Translations under genes and position numbers: made by a program | Part shown: positions 63,779 through 64,000 of the stretch, in pieces | Numbering within the stretch: the first letter of the stretch is position 1 | Layout of the letters: every line of letters starts with the position of its first letter | Origin: Octopus vulgaris | Taxonomy: Eukaryota | NCBI GenBank assembly: GCA_951406725.2 | Contig: OX597822.1 | Location: 102,920,001-102,984,000 of the forward strand | Direction: 5' to 3' | Length of the DNA: 64,000 bases | The notes under the pieces: generated by a model | The model's input: only the letters and a program-made list of their open reading frames with translations | The model's database searches: none | Told to the model about the DNA's origin: nothing

Positions 63779-64000
63779 GTTAACAGATGGTTTTTAAAGG
63801 GCTTTATATATCTTTGGCACAAGAAGGCAAACTGCTGAAGAGGGTGCTAATGGCAAAGAAAAAAAACTGACAAACTGATTGAATGAGTTAATCAATCAAC
63901 CACTTTAGTTAATTAATTAACTAGTTGTTACATAATAATAACATGGAAGTAAAACAAGTGTGCATTTTTATAGGTAAAATGACTATTCTAAAATACAACA

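Overview
AT-rich, repeat-dense animal genomic DNA. The SINE/RTE/microsatellite landscape suggests a coleoid cephalopod, probably Octopus; this is an inference and no search was run. The one well-supported gene is a + strand annexin with four complete annexin repeats. Its eight core exons are 9414-9489, 26386-26480, 29548-29661, 31203-31293, 34002-34150, 38640-38817, 41648-41760 and 42613-42741. All have GT-AG junctions and compatible phases, giving 314 aa plus stop. The N-terminus probably comes from an ATG-only exon end at 4383-4385 and a candidate 9-nt microexon at 6929-6937, for 318 aa in total. The rest is mostly transposon-derived: three tRNA-derived SINE families, many 5'-truncated RTE LINE ends with a structured 3'UTR repeat, non-autonomous Helitrons, piggyBac-, Tc1/mariner- and Merlin-like MITEs, Gypsy relics, a solo LTR, and Hero-, R4- and CR1-like RT fragments. 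Almost all ORF-track entries are artefacts of these repeats. I cannot demonstrate a new biological system. The best leads are the tandem pseudoknot-like module in the RTE 3'UTR, the microexon, inverted-repeat pairs around annexin exons, a TSD-bounded 28-bp array and a perfect 80-bp palindrome.
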